The notes beneath the pieces were generated by a model. The model was given only the letters and a program-made list of their open reading frames with translations, was not told the origin of the DNA and searched no databases. Shown in pieces: positions 51,138 to 62,039 of a stretch of DNA of 64,000 nucleotides. A program made the translations under genes and the position numbers. The stretch is from an uncultured Aeromonadaceae bacterium (GTDB taxonomy: Bacteria > Pseudomonadota > Gammaproteobacteria > Enterobacterales > Aeromonadaceae), in NCBI GenBank assembly GCA_945957385.1, contig CAMFKP010000002.1:50458-114457 (forward strand). Reading direction: 5' to 3'. Each line of letters starts with the position of its first letter. Position 1 is the stretch's first letter.

Positions 51138-51445
51138 ATGATCTTTTTTAGTGATGACTTGCTGTTGTGCTAAAGCGATATCGTTTTCAATGTTGGCTTT
51201 GTGCCTGTCGCCTCAGGTAACTTCTAGTTTGTTCGAGATTTTCTACTACGGCTCGTCAGTAGGATCCTGCTATTGGCTGCTGGTATGCAGGGCCTTGGCA
51301 TAAAGAAGCAAACAAATAACGAACCTTAGGATGGCGTTGCCGTGTCTTGCTGCTCTGTCGCTCGGTTATCCGAGAGGTTGACTGATCGGTGCCCCTCAAG
51401 CGTGTTGTAGATAATTGACCATAACATCACAGGATTAACCCAAGA

Positions 51446-54154
51446 ATGAAACCTGCAGTGATGCGTCCGCTGTTGCTTGGCTCTATGCTGAGCGTCCTTT
51501 CCTTTTCGAGTCATGCTGAGATCCCGGCGAATGTGATGGCACAATTTAGCCAACTGTCACCGGCACAACAGGAGGCTGTGGCTGCCCAGTATGGAATTAG
51601 CTTGGATCAAATACGGGGACAGGCACAAACGCCAGCCCAAGAGCAAAAAGCGACCCCTACGCTGGCTCCGCGAACTGTTGATGCGGCCAACCAGAGCCAA
51701 CGATTATCAACTGCTGTAACTCGAACCGAAAAAGGCACGCTGCAGCCCTTCGGCTATAACGTTTTTGCTGGCCAACCCACCTCACAGACGCCGTTGGCTG
51801 ATATTCCGGTTCCGGATGATTACATTGTGGGGCCGGGCGATGAGCTGCGTGTCCAGATGTACGGGAAGGAAAATGCTAGCTACAAACTGAAGGTTAATCG
51901 TGATGGCAGTGTAGAGTTTCCCAAATTAGGTCCGATTAATGTTGCTGGCCAGAGTTTTGAACAGGTCAGTGCCATGCTGCAACAGCGCATCTCTGAACAG
52001 TTCATTGGTGTGGAGTCAGCTATCAGCATGGGTAGCTTGCGCACGATACAAGTATTTGTGATGGGGGATGCCTATCGCCCTGGCGCATATAACGTCAATG
52101 CGCTGACCACTGTCACTCAGGCGCTGCAGATAGCCGGTGGAATTGATACTGTAGGGTCACTGCGTAAAGTTCAGGTTAAGCGCGGTGGCGCGGTTATCCA
52201 GAATGTTGACCTTTACAAGATGCTGATTTGGGGCAACACCGCTCAGGACATTCGCCTCAGGGCCGGTGATACGATCTTTATCCCGGCCAAAGGCAGTGAA
52301 GTAACCATCGATGGTTTGGTCAAACGCCCCGGGATTTACGAGCTTTCTGGACCGGCCGGCCTGGGTAATGTGCTGGAAGTTGCTGGGGGGTTGAAAGCTG
52401 AGGCTTTGCGTGAAGTAACGGTTACCCGCCGTGGTCAGAGTGGAATGCAAGTATTCAATTTGAACATGGCTAACGGTCGGGATAATGCATTTACGGTGCA
52501 TGACGGCGACAAAATTGAGGCCAAACCTACCACCACTGAGTTTTCCAATGCGATAGCAGTCAAAGGCGCGGTTATCCGTGAGGGTACCTATGCTTATCAG
52601 GCGGGGACGCGTGTCAGTCAACTTCTGCAAAATCCGCGTCGAGATTTGAAAGCGACGGCAGATCTGGATTATGCATTGGTAGTGCGTGAAATTAATCCGC
52701 GGCACGATATTGAGGTATTGCAGTTCAATCTGGGGATGGCCATTGCTCATCCGGGAGATATTGACGATTTAGTATTACAGCCTCGGGATCAGATCCTGGT
52801 ATTTAACCGGGGCCAAGTCGACACGTTTGGTCAGATGGCTGCTGAATCGAAAGCACGAGAACAACAAAAACGCGCGCAGACACAACAAGGCGAAAATGAG
52901 CAAGAGTTTCTTGATCAAGGACAGCAGCAACGTACTGCGCTAAAACAACAAGGGTTGGCCAAAGATCAGATCGTTGATGAGCAGACAGGAGCGGTAGTCA
53001 GCAGCAAGGCGCTCAACGATAGAAATCGTCTGACTTTGCAGGATAGTGGCGAACAATTGATTGATTCAAATAAGGATCAAGCAGATAGCCGTGAGGCATT
53101 GTTAGCCCCTGTGATTGCCAAGCTTAAGGCTCAATCTGGAACCAATGCTCCTGTGCAGCTTGCCGAAGTGCGTGGGGAAGTGCGTTTCCCTGGCGTGTAT
53201 CCTCTGCCGCAACAACCAACGTTGGGCAAGCTGGTGTTAGCTGCCGGCGGCCTTAAAGAGTCTGCCTCTGTCGCCGAAGTGTCCCGGATCGATGATGTCG
53301 CCGGAGATTTGCAGATTACAAACTTGCGCTTTGAGCTTTCCGATTTAGCGACTGCAAATGGCTCTCCAAGAGCCATGTCCAAAGACAACCTGAATATTCT
53401 GGCCAACCCGCGTTGGCGCGAAGAGGTGTCAGTTAAGTTATTTGGTGAAGTTAAATATCCTGGCACTTATCGTGTGCAACGTGGTGATACGATCGGTAAC
53501 TTGATTAAACGTGCAGGTGGGTTGACGGAGTTTGCTAATCCCAAAGGGGTCGTATTTGCCCGTGAGTTTTTGCGTAAGCAGGAACAGGAGCGGTTAGTGT
53601 TCTTGCGAGAACAACTGCAAGAAGAGATAGCAACGATGACGCTGCGACGTCAGACAGGAACGCTGGGTGCGCGCACCTCCAGCCCGGCGGAGGCATCAGA
53701 ACTGGTTGGTAAAATGCAGACCGTTCAAGCGATTGGCCGCATGAGTATCAACATGCCCGCTATTCTCTCCGGAGATAAGCAGGCCGATGTGATGCTGGAA
53801 AATGGTGACAAGCTGTATATCCCCATGATGCAAAAAGTGGTATCCGTTGCGGGCCAAGTGCAGATGCCTTCAGCGCATGTTTATGATCCCTCACTTTCCG
53901 TTCAGGACTATCTGGATAAAGCCGGCGGAACCAAGAAGCAGGCGGATACCGATCGCATTTATGTCATCAAGGCGGATGGTTCTGTGATGTTGCCGGAAAA
54001 CAGCTGGTATGCGCGCCGTAATGATCAGCTAGAGCCTGGTGACACCATCATTGCTCCTATTGACACGGATTACCTGGATAATTTGAGTGTCTGGTCGACT
54101 GCAACCCAGATGATGTATCAACTGGGCGTCGCTTGGGCTGCCATCAAGAACTGA
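51446..54154 (+). CDS. Polysaccharide export protein with multiple SLBB domains (OtnA/WbfF/KpsD-like)
   Basis: PFGYNVF, PDDYIVGPGDELRVQMYG poly-export domain, repeated VxGxVxxPGxY SLBB units, GDTIIAP C-terminus; 902 aa. Confidence 0.9.
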   Translation: MKPAVMRPLLLGSMLSVLSFSSHAEIPANVMAQFSQLSPAQQEAVAAQYGISLDQIRGQAQTPAQEQKATPTLAPRTVDAANQSQRLSTAVTRTEKGTLQPFGYNVFAGQPTSQTPLADIPVPDDYIVGPGDELRVQMYGKENASYKLKVNRDGSVEFPKLGPINVAGQSFEQVSAMLQQRISEQFIGVESAISMGSLRTIQVFVMGDAYRPGAYNVNALTTVTQALQIAGGIDTVGSLRKVQVKRGGAVIQNVDLYKMLIWGNTAQDIRLRAGDTIFIPAKGSEVTIDGLVKRPGIYELSGPAGLGNVLEVAGGLKAEALREVTVTRRGQSGMQVFNLNMANGRDNAFTVHDGDKIEAKPTTTEFSNAIAVKGAVIREGTYAYQAGTRVSQLLQNPRRDLKATADLDYALVVREINPRHDIEVLQFNLGMAIAHPGDIDDLVLQPRDQILVFNRGQVDTFGQMAAESKAREQQKRAQTQQGENEQEFLDQGQQQRTALKQQGLAKDQIVDEQTGAVVSSKALNDRNRLTLQDSGEQLIDSNKDQADSREALLAPVIAKLKAQSGTNAPVQLAEVRGEVRFPGVYPLPQQPTLGKLVLAAGGLKESASVAEVSRIDDVAGDLQITNLRFELSDLATANGSPRAMSKDNLNILANPRWREEVSVKLFGEVKYPGTYRVQRGDTIGNLIKRAGGLTEFANPKGVVFAREFLRKQEQERLVFLREQLQEEIATMTLRRQTGTLGARTSSPAEASELVGKMQTVQAIGRMSINMPAILSGDKQADVMLENGDKLYIPMMQKVVSVAGQVQMPSAHVYDPSLSVQDYLDKAGGTKKQADTDRIYVIKADGSVMLPENSWYARRNDQLEPGDTIIAPIDTDYLDNLSVWSTATQMMYQLGVAWAAIKN

Positions 54155-54201
54155 GGATGACTGGTCGTAACAGATTTGCTGGCGATCGGAATAATATTGC
54201 T

Positions 54202-55194
54202 ATGAATGATTCTAAATCTACGTTGCCTCCGTCTTGGCAGGGTGTTGTCGCGTCGGACGATGAAATTGATCTAATGGAGCTGGTTGCCGCGCTTTGGCGC
54301 GGCAAATGGTGGATCCTTGCAACCGCCACCCTAGGAGCTGTGATCGCGGTGGGTGTGGCCCTCTGGCTACCGAATGTGTATCGGGCAGAAGCATTATTGG
54401 CTCCGTCCTCTGAACAGCAAGGGGGGGGGTTATCGGCATTAGCTGGCCAATTTGGTGGTATTGCTTCGTTGGCTGGGATTAATTTGGGAAGTGAGAAAGC
54501 GGATAAAACGGCGATTGCTGTAGAGATTGCCAAATCACGCCAGTTTGTTAGTCAATTTGTACGGCGACATCAATTGGAAGTACCACTAATTGCGGCAATC
54601 AAGGCGGATAAAAAAACGGGTGAGCTGATAATTAACGGCGATATCTACGATTCACAACATAACCGCTGGCTTCGCCCTGCAACGTTGAACAAAACATCAG
54701 CTCCGACAGATCAAGAGCTTGTTAAAGCGTTTAATGCGATTGCCTCGATCTCTTTGGATAAGAAGAGTGGTCTAGCGACAGTCTCGGTCGAATATTACTC
54801 CCCGCAGATGGCAAAGCAGTGGGTTGACTGGCTCGTCAGCGATTTGAATGCCACGATGAAAGCTCGAGATCAGGCGGAGACTGCGCGCAATATTGCTTAT
54901 CTAAAGGCCCAGCTCGAAAAAACGGCCGTAGCCGATATGCAGACAGTTTTTTACAAGTTGATTGAAGAGCAGACCAAAACCCAGATGTTGGCTGAAGTCA
55001 ATCCTGAGTATGTCTTCAAAACGCTCGACCCGGCTGTTGTGCCCGAGGAGAAAGCCAAACCCAAGCGCGCCCTGATTGCCGTATTGGGTACAGTATTGGG
55101 CGGCATGGCTGGCGTACTGATTGTGCTGGTGCGTTATGCCTTGCGTCGACGCGAGAGCAACACAACTTCCTTAGCTGCAAGCAAGGATGCGTAA
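54202..55194 (+). CDS. wzz: Wzz-type chain-length determinant / polysaccharide co-polymerase
   Basis: DDEIDLMELVAALWRGKW, N-terminal TM, C-terminal LDPAVVPEEKAKPKRALIAVLG.VLGG; no kinase domain. Confidence 0.9.
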   Translation: MNDSKSTLPPSWQGVVASDDEIDLMELVAALWRGKWWILATATLGAVIAVGVALWLPNVYRAEALLAPSSEQQGGGLSALAGQFGGIASLAGINLGSEKADKTAIAVEIAKSRQFVSQFVRRHQLEVPLIAAIKADKKTGELIINGDIYDSQHNRWLRPATLNKTSAPTDQELVKAFNAIASISLDKKSGLATVSVEYYSPQMAKQWVDWLVSDLNATMKARDQAETARNIAYLKAQLEKTAVADMQTVFYKLIEEQTKTQMLAEVNPEYVFKTLDPAVVPEEKAKPKRALIAVLGTVLGGMAGVLIVLVRYALRRRESNTTSLAASKDA

Positions 55195-55335
55195 AACTGA
55201 GATCCAATCGACAAACCGTTTGCCCGGTAGTCAATTTGGTCTTAACCTGAGGCTGAGGTGATCTGATGTCGCCCGTTTTATGGGGTCATCGGGTGCCGAA
55301 ACCTGAACCAACCTGAAAACAAAGAGGATAAACAG

Positions 55336-55563
55336 ATGAAGAAGTTCATCGCACTGGCTACCGCCCTGCTGCTGGCAGGTGGTAATGCGGTTGCTGCAGA
55401 AGCGGGCGGCGCAGGCGTTTTCGGTACCGCAGTTGGTACTACCACTGCGGTTGCAGGCGTCTCTCTGGCTGCGATTGGTGTTGCAGTAGCTGTTTCTGAC
55501 AGCTCCAACAACGATACGACCAGCACCAGCACTGCGACCAGCACCACTACTGCTACCAAGTAA
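55336..55563 (+). CDS. yjbE: Small Thr/Ala-rich exported protein, YjbE/GfcA-like
   Basis: Signal peptide, hydrophobic AIGVAVAV segment, TTSTSTATSTTT tail; AGAGGA RBS; first gene of a gfc/yjb block. Confidence 0.8.
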   Translation: MKKFIALATALLLAGGNAVAAEAGGAGVFGTAVGTTTAVAGVSLAAIGVAVAVSDSSNNDTTSTSTATSTTTATK

Positions 55564-55578
55564 GCAGTTGTTGTTGAA

Positions 55579-55609
55579 AACCGCCTCCGAATATCGGAGG
55601 CGGTTATTT
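55579..55609 (+). other. Stem-loop after yjbE/gfcA (differential-expression hairpin)
   Basis: AACCGCCTCCGA-ata-TCGGAGGCGGTT, 12-bp stem. Confidence 0.65.
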
Positions 55610-55624
55610 ATATCAGGACAATCG

Positions 55625-56284
55625 ATGTTTCCCGCCATGCGATATCCCCTATGGATACTGGCCGCCAACATACTGGCTGCATGTAGCACGCCAGCTACCG
55701 ATCTCTACGACACGGTCAAGCTAAGTACACTGGGCACTCCAGATGCAAACTTGAGTCCGGACGAGATAAAACAGATTCCTTATGCTACCGCCTATTTCAA
55801 GATTGAGGGGCTCCCTCGTGCGCTTGTGGTGTTGGCTTTTGCCGAAAATAACGAACTCAAATGGATGTCTGCCGATCGCAATCTGTTTGTGACACGTCAC
55901 GGCCGTCTGGTGAAGACATTGGGTTTGCGTGATGATTTACGAAACCTGACGAGCAGCGAACCGGATCCCTTACATAATGAAACGCTCAGACGTGTCGGTG
56001 GACATGCGACATGGCGTTGGCAGGCCCAATGGAGCCGTTATCCCGCTGTGCATGAGATGTGTTCCGAACTGACATACGTCGCGACACAGACCGTAGAGGT
56101 GAATGGACAGCCGCGACAGCTGGTTCAGGTGGAAGAGCGGGTCACCGATGTGACGCTGGCAAAGAGCTATCGTAATGAGTACTGGCTGGATCCGGTGCAG
56201 GGTGATGTCATCATGAGTCGCCAGCAACTTGGTGTGGATTTGCCAGTTGTGGAAATGACCATTCTGAATCCCTATACCCCATGA
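55625..56284 (+). CDS. yjbF: Group 4 capsule lipoprotein YjbF/GfcB
   Basis: Lipobox LAAC, IPYATAY, LKWMSAD, GRLVKTLGL, NEYWLDP...SRQ. Confidence 0.88.
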   Translation: MFPAMRYPLWILAANILAACSTPATDLYDTVKLSTLGTPDANLSPDEIKQIPYATAYFKIEGLPRALVVLAFAENNELKWMSADRNLFVTRHGRLVKTLGLRDDLRNLTSSEPDPLHNETLRRVGGHATWRWQAQWSRYPAVHEMCSELTYVATQTVEVNGQPRQLVQVEERVTDVTLAKSYRNEYWLDPVQGDVIMSRQQLGVDLPVVEMTILNPYTP

Positions 56285-57045
56285 GCAAGCACTTTGTATT
56301 ATGTCTCGCCACCTTGATGGTTTATTTGCTGCCAGTTCGGTTGCAAGCGGCAAGCCAGATAGAGATTCTTTCTCCAGGTCACCATTGGCAAGTGCAGCTT
56401 ACCAATGGTGCTCGACTGTCCAATTTATTGATGCTGCCGTCGTTGCCGCGCAGTACGGACTGGAGTTTAGCCGTGATCTCTACTCCGGCTCAGGATGCGG
56501 TGATTGAGCAGCTACGTCAGCGTGTGTCGACGCAACTGGAACAACTGGAGTATCTCTGGTTAACCGGTAGCGAGAATCGCGGCGGGTATGCTGTGCATCA
56601 ACTGAGAGTAGAACTGCTACGCTATGCGTTTGCCGGACGCCTCTTTACCAATCTGGATCCGGACTGGGTTCGCACCAAGCCAGGCGCTGACCCTGTGCTG
56701 CAGGGAAAATACCGTTTGCGGCTAAGGCCTGCAGCCTCTGGATTTCGGGTCGCTGGTCTGATTGATGGTGCGATTGACGTTGAACCGAATGCCAATATGG
56801 CGGATGTCGCGACCTTGCTCAAACAACGTAAATGCCTGCCGATGGGGGATTGTCGGTGGGGTTATCTGATTCAGCCTGATGGCCAGGTTGAGAAGATTGG
56901 CTTGCAAGCATGGAATAGCCATTACCGCGAGGCAGCACCCGGAGCCTTATTGTGGGTCGGTTTCGATGAGTCGCGTCTACCTGACGGCTTTCGCTCGCTG
57001 AATCAAGACATTATCTTGTTATTGCGCAACCGGATTTCCAATTGA
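56281..57045 (+). CDS. yjbG: Capsule biosynthesis protein YjbG/GfcC
   Basis: Signal peptide, LDPDWVR...DPVLQGKYRL, IQPDGQV...AWN...PGA; ATGA overlap with gfcB. Confidence 0.85.
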   Translation: MSKHFVLCLATLMVYLLPVRLQAASQIEILSPGHHWQVQLTNGARLSNLLMLPSLPRSTDWSLAVISTPAQDAVIEQLRQRVSTQLEQLEYLWLTGSENRGGYAVHQLRVELLRYAFAGRLFTNLDPDWVRTKPGADPVLQGKYRLRLRPAASGFRVAGLIDGAIDVEPNANMADVATLLKQRKCLPMGDCRWGYLIQPDGQVEKIGLQAWNSHYREAAPGALLWVGFDESRLPDGFRSLNQDIILLLRNRISN

Positions 57046-59147
57046 TGAAGCCGTTTTTTTCTATCAGTTTACTTGCCTGTCTGGTGGCCGGCTATTGCCA
57101 TGCCGATCCGGTAGGCACTCGTTATCGTCCGGAGCTGGATGGCGTCGGGCCATCGCAACAGGATTTTGGTGGTGTCGGCTTGATGCAGATGCCCACAGCA
57201 CGCATGGCCCGGGTTGGCGAGTTCAGTGCCAACTATATGGACAATGAGCAGTATCGACGCTGGTCCGTTTCACTGCAGCCTTTTGATTGGCTTGAGACAA
57301 CGTTACGTTATACCGATGTTAGAACTCGTCTTTATAGTCCTTACCCTGATTTTAGTGGCGACCAGACGTATAAGGACAAGGGGATCGATTTCAAGTTTCG
57401 TCTCTGGCAAGAAGGTACCTGGTTACCACAGGTTGCAGTGGGTGTTCGGGATTTCGCGGGTACTGGACTGTTTGACAGTGAGTTTTTGGTGGCCAGCAAG
57501 CGCTGGTATGACTTTGACTTCACCCTCGGCATGGGATGGGGAAACATGGCCGAGAGTGGCAATATCAAGAACCCCTTCTGTTCGATCAAAGAGTCATTCT
57601 GTGAGCGCGCCGGCTTTACCGGTGTACCGGGTGGTTTTGAATTTGGCAATTTGTTCCACGGCCCGGCCGCCCTGTTTGCAGGGGTAGAATACCAAACGCC
57701 ATGGCAACCGCTGCGCCTGAAGGTGGAATACGATGGTAATGACTACAGTCAGGAGTTTGCCGGTGCCATAAAGCAATCTAGTCCGGTCAATGTCGGGGCT
57801 GTGTATCGGGTATTCGATTCGCTCGATACCCACTTGAGTTACCAGCGTGGCAACACCCTGATGTGGGGCTTTACTCTCAGAACCAATTTTAATGATCTCA
57901 GCAATCACCATGTGGATGAGCCGGCTGAAACACTACACGCCGTCACCCAAACACAGACAGCGACAGATTGGAACCTGGTGGCGCGCAAGCTGGAGCACAA
58001 TGCCGGTTGGTATAACCCGCAGATCGTGACAGCTGGCCAGCAGGTGCAGGTCGTTGCGGAACAGAAAAAATACCGCGACCGAAATGAAGCCAATCAGCGT
58101 GCTGCGGCGATCGTTGCCAATGCCGCGCCGCAAACCCAGACCTTGCTACTAACCAATCGCCGGCAGCAGATGACCATCGATGAGACCCGCGTTGATATCC
58201 CGGCCTTTCGGCAGCAGCAATTGGAACCGGTCTTGGGCGCGCCCGAGTCGCCGGTGACGAAGCAAGAGGCGCCGAGTTTGCCCGCGGGGGTAGTACAGCG
58301 CGCAGGCGATCGTCCGCAGCTGGATTACTCCTGGTCCCCGCATTTAGCCCAGTCGTTTGGTGGACCCGAGTCGTTTTACATGTACCAGGTCGGTATCAAT
58401 GGCAATGCTGATGTAGCGCTGACCAACCAGATTTGGGCGTCTGGTACCTTGTATCTGAACCTGGTAGATAACTACGACAAGTTTAACTACTCCACGCCGC
58501 CGAGTGATACCGATGCGTTGCCGCGCGTGCGGACCTGGATTCGGGAGTATGTCAGCTCATCGAATCTGTTACTCAACAACCTGCAATTGACGGCGATGGA
58601 TAAGCTCTCCGACAGCGTTTACGGCCAAGCATACGGTGGTTATCTGGAGATGATGTATGCCGGGGTGGGAAGCGAGCTCTTGTATCGCCCGTATGGCTCC
58701 AGCTGGGCGCTGGGGCTCGATGCAAACTATGTGCAGCAACGCGACTGGAATAACACCCTGCAGCTGGCGGATTACAAAGTGGCAACCGGCCATTTGACCA
58801 GTTACTGGCAATTGCCGTTTGTCGACAATACGTTGGCCAAAATCAGCGTCGGACGCTATCTGGCCGGCGATTACGGTACCACCATCGATCTTTCCCGTCG
58901 TTTCGACAGTGGCATCATCGCTGGCGCGTTCGCCACCTTCACCAATGTCTCGGCTGAGGAGTACGGGGAGGGCAGTTTTACCAAAGGGTTCTATTTCACA
59001 ATTCCGTTTGACTTGATGTTGGTTAAACCGACCACGCGTCAGGGCAGCATCAGTTGGATTCCATTAACGCGTGATGGCGGGCAAATGCTGTCGCGTAGAT
59101 ATGGTTTATATACACTTTCAGCCCCGCAGACGGGCAGCACTGATTAA
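57045..59147 (+). CDS. yjbH: Outer-membrane beta-barrel YjbH/GfcD
   Basis: SQQDFGGVGLMQMPTARM, KDKGIDFK, GTGLFDSE, GRYLAGDYG, GEGSFTKGFY, W.PLTRDGGQ; TGATG overlap with gfcC. Confidence 0.93.
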   Translation: MKPFFSISLLACLVAGYCHADPVGTRYRPELDGVGPSQQDFGGVGLMQMPTARMARVGEFSANYMDNEQYRRWSVSLQPFDWLETTLRYTDVRTRLYSPYPDFSGDQTYKDKGIDFKFRLWQEGTWLPQVAVGVRDFAGTGLFDSEFLVASKRWYDFDFTLGMGWGNMAESGNIKNPFCSIKESFCERAGFTGVPGGFEFGNLFHGPAALFAGVEYQTPWQPLRLKVEYDGNDYSQEFAGAIKQSSPVNVGAVYRVFDSLDTHLSYQRGNTLMWGFTLRTNFNDLSNHHVDEPAETLHAVTQTQTATDWNLVARKLEHNAGWYNPQIVTAGQQVQVVAEQKKYRDRNEANQRAAAIVANAAPQTQTLLLTNRRQQMTIDETRVDIPAFRQQQLEPVLGAPESPVTKQEAPSLPAGVVQRAGDRPQLDYSWSPHLAQSFGGPESFYMYQVGINGNADVALTNQIWASGTLYLNLVDNYDKFNYSTPPSDTDALPRVRTWIREYVSSSNLLLNNLQLTAMDKLSDSVYGQAYGGYLEMMYAGVGSELLYRPYGSSWALGLDANYVQQRDWNNTLQLADYKVATGHLTSYWQLPFVDNTLAKISVGRYLAGDYGTTIDLSRRFDSGIIAGAFATFTNVSAEEYGEGSFTKGFYFTIPFDLMLVKPTTRQGSISWIPLTRDGGQMLSRRYGLYTLSAPQTGSTD

Positions 59148-59170
59148 TTTGATAGCCTGGTATTCGAGTG

Positions 59171-60172
59171 ATGGAACATAAAGTTGTACTCCAGCCGTCG
59201 GTGGTGGAATTTGCCGCCGCAACGGAGGAAAGCCTGCTTGCCGCTGCAACGCGGCAAAATATTGTACTTGAGCACAGTTGCGGGACTGGTCAGTGTGGTG
59301 CCTGCAAGGCGAAAGTGCTCGTTGGCCAGGTCGAGTTTGAAGACCGCTATAACGTACTGACTAGCGATGAGTTGGCCAGTGGTGTGGTTCTGACCTGTGT
59401 CACCAAAGCGCTGAGCCCTCTTGAACTAGAGGCGGAATACCACCCCGAACTGGCCGGCATCGTGAAAAAGACAGTGCCCTGCAAAGTGGCGGACCTGCAG
59501 TTTCCGGTGCCTGACGTCGCCGTGTTACGCTTGCGCCTGCCGCCGACCGCGCAATTCCAATTTCTGCCGGGGCAGTTTATCGATCTGTCTGCGCAAGGCG
59601 TAACGCGCAGCTACTCGGTAGCCAGTGCCGGAATCGAGAATAATCAGCTGGAGCTGCATATTCGCCAGGTCCCGGGTGGCCAGTTTAGCGACATCGTGTT
59701 TAACCAGCTCAAACCGGAGCAACTATTACGTTTACACGGTCCTCATGGCACTTTTTTTGTTCGCCACGAAACGCGACCGCTGATCTTCCTGGCTGGCGGT
59801 ACCGGCTTTGCGCCTGTCAAGGCCATGGTGGAAGATCTGATTGCCCGTGGTGACAAGCGACCTGTGCATATCTACTGGGGACAACGTAGCGCGTCTGCGG
59901 TCTATTCCGACCTGGCGAGCCAGTGGGCGCAACAGCATGCCCATATCCAGGCCCATATCGTGGTATCGGATGATCCGGACTGGGCCGGGCGTCGTGGTCT
60001 GGTGCATGAGGCGGTGCTGCAGGACTTTGCCAATCTGGCGGGCTGTACTGTCTATGCCTGTGGCTCTTCGGCTATGATTGCCGTCGCAAAAACGGCATTT
60101 TTACAACAAGGGCTGGAAGACAAGGCATTTCATTCCGATGCCTTCTTACCTGCTGTGACCTTGCGAGGGTAA
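59171..60172 (+). CDS. ddhD: CDP-6-deoxy-delta3,4-glucoseen reductase (E3; AscD/DdhD/RfbI)
   Basis: 2Fe-2[11 protein letters not shown]...LTC, FAD-binding RSYSVAS, NAD-binding LAGGTGFAP; directly upstream of rfbF. Confidence 0.9.
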   Translation: MEHKVVLQPSVVEFAAATEESLLAAATRQNIVLEHSCGTGQCGACKAKVLVGQVEFEDRYNVLTSDELASGVVLTCVTKALSPLELEAEYHPELAGIVKKTVPCKVADLQFPVPDVAVLRLRLPPTAQFQFLPGQFIDLSAQGVTRSYSVASAGIENNQLELHIRQVPGGQFSDIVFNQLKPEQLLRLHGPHGTFFVRHETRPLIFLAGGTGFAPVKAMVEDLIARGDKRPVHIYWGQRSASAVYSDLASQWAQQHAHIQAHIVVSDDPDWAGRRGLVHEAVLQDFANLAGCTVYACGSSAMIAVAKTAFLQQGLEDKAFHSDAFLPAVTLRG

Positions 60173-60177
60173 AACTG

Positions 60178-60951
60178 ATGAAAGCTGTAATTCTGGCCGG
60201 TGGCCTGGGAACGCGTCTGAGCGAAGAAACCGTGGTCAAGCCGAAGCCGATGGTCGAGATCGGCGGCAAGCCAATCCTCTGGCATATCCTGAAGATGTAT
60301 TCGGCGCACGGTATCAACGACTTCGTGATCTGCTGTGGCTACAAGGGCTATGTGATCAAGGAGTATTTCGCCAACTACTTCCTGCATATGTCGGATGTGA
60401 CCTTCAACATGCGCGAAAACCGCATGGAAGTGCATCACAAACGCGCCGAGCCGTGGAACGTCACGCTGGTGGACACCGGTGACGCCTCCATGACCGGTGG
60501 CCGCCTCAAGCGCGTTGCCGAATATGTGAAAAACGATGAAGCCTTCCTGTTTACCTATGGCGATGGCGTTTCCGACGTCAACATTCGCGATACCATCGAT
60601 TTTCACCTCAGCCATGGCAAACTGGCGACCTTGACGGCGACCTTGCCTCCAGGACGCTTTGGCGTTCTGGATATTGATTGTAATCAAGTCCGTTCGTTCA
60701 GGGAGAAGCCGAAGGGCGATGGCGCCATGATCAATGGTGGTTTTTTCGTGCTGAACCCCAAGGTGATCGATTTGATTAGCAATGATGCAACCACATGGGA
60801 ACAGGATCCGTTGATGACGCTGGCGGAACAGGGCGAACTGATGGCCTATGAGCACGGTGGCTTTTGGCAACCGATGGACACGCTGCGCGACAAGCATTAT
60901 CTCGAAAGCTTGTGGGAAAGCGGCAAAGCACCGTGGAAGGTATGGGAGTAA
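60178..60951 (+). CDS. rfbF: Glucose-1-phosphate cytidylyltransferase (RfbF/DdhA)
   Basis: [34 protein letters not shown]-like [19 protein letters not shown]. Confidence 0.97.
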   Translation: MKAVILAGGLGTRLSEETVVKPKPMVEIGGKPILWHILKMYSAHGINDFVICCGYKGYVIKEYFANYFLHMSDVTFNMRENRMEVHHKRAEPWNVTLVDTGDASMTGGRLKRVAEYVKNDEAFLFTYGDGVSDVNIRDTIDFHLSHGKLATLTATLPPGRFGVLDIDCNQVRSFREKPKGDGAMINGGFFVLNPKVIDLISNDATTWEQDPLMTLAEQGELMAYEHGGFWQPMDTLRDKHYLESLWESGKAPWKVWE

Positions 60952-60956
60952 CCAGC

Positions 60957-62039
60957 TTGATTGACGCAACATTCTGGCAAGGCAAACGCGTATTCCTGAC
61001 CGGTCATACCGGCTTCAAGGGCGGCTGGCTTGCGCTGTGGCTTGAGGAGATGGGTGCCGTGGTGCGTGGCTACTCATTACCGGCGCCAACCGAACCGAGC
61101 CTGTTCGAGGTGGCGGATGTCCGCCAGGGCTTGCTCTCGGAAGAGGGTGATATTCGCGATTTTTTCCACTTACGCGAGGCCATGGCCGATTTCAAACCCG
61201 AGATCGTATTCCACATGGCGGCGCAGCCGCTGGTGCGGCTCTCGTATGATGATCCGGTTGAAACCTACTCCACCAATGTGATGGGCACAGTGTATGTGCT
61301 GGAGGCCATCAAGGCCGTGGGTGGGGTCAAGGCGGTGGTGAACATCACCAGCGACAAGTGCTACGAGAATCGGGAATGGGTCTGGGGCTATCGCGAAGAT
61401 GAAGCGATGGGCGGCTACGATCCTTACTCCAACAGCAAAGGCTGCGCCGAGCTGGTGGCGTCGGCGTATCGCAACTCGTTTTTTAACCCCAAGGAGTATG
61501 CCCGCCATGGTGTGGCGCTGGCATCGGTCCGGGCCGGTAATGTCATCGGTGGCGGTGACTGGGCCAAAGATCGCCTGATTCCGGATATTCTGCGTTCGTT
61601 TCAGAACGCTCAGCCGGTGGTGATCCGCAATCCGCACTCCATTCGCCCCTGGCAGCATGTGCTGGAGCCGTTGTCCGGCTACCTGCTGGTCGCGCAAAAA
61701 CTGTACGCCGAGGGGTGTGACTTTGCTGAAGGCTGGAACTTTGGCCCGAATGACAACGACGCCCAACCGGTACAGTTCATCGTCGAGAAGATGGTGCAAC
61801 TGTGGGGCGAAAACGCCAGCTGGCAGCTGGATGGCGCCGATCACCCGCATGAAGCTCACTACCTGAAGCTGGACTGCTCCAAGGCCAAGCTGCGCATGGG
61901 CTGGCAACCACGCTGGGATCTGGTGACGACCCTGGGCCGCATCGTCAGCTGGCATAAAGCCTGGCTGGCCGGTGAAGATATGCGTGCGCGCTCGCTGCAG
62001 GAAATTCGGGATTATATGGCCGCTACACCACAACGCTAA
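60957..62039 (+). CDS. rfbG: CDP-glucose 4,6-dehydratase (RfbG/DdhB)
   Basis: IDATFWQGKRVFLTGHTGFKG, TSDKCY, DPYSNSK, RAGNVIGGGDW; TTG start 60957 after GGAG. Confidence 0.96.
   Translation: MIDATFWQGKRVFLTGHTGFKGGWLALWLEEMGAVVRGYSLPAPTEPSLFEVADVRQGLLSEEGDIRDFFHLREAMADFKPEIVFHMAAQPLVRLSYDDPVETYSTNVMGTVYVLEAIKAVGGVKAVVNITSDKCYENREWVWGYREDEAMGGYDPYSNSKGCAELVASAYRNSFFNPKEYARHGVALASVRAGNVIGGGDWAKDRLIPDILRSFQNAQPVVIRNPHSIRPWQHVLEPLSGYLLVAQKLYAEGCDFAEGWNFGPNDNDAQPVQFIVEKMVQLWGENASWQLDGADHPHEAHYLKLDCSKAKLRMGWQPRWDLVTTLGRIVSWHKAWLAGEDMRARSLQEIRDYMAATPQR

Noticed and set aside
51326-51553. 75-aa minus-strand ORF overlapping the polysaccharide leader and exporter start
   Set aside because: No RBS or motifs, and it is antisense to a well-supported gene.
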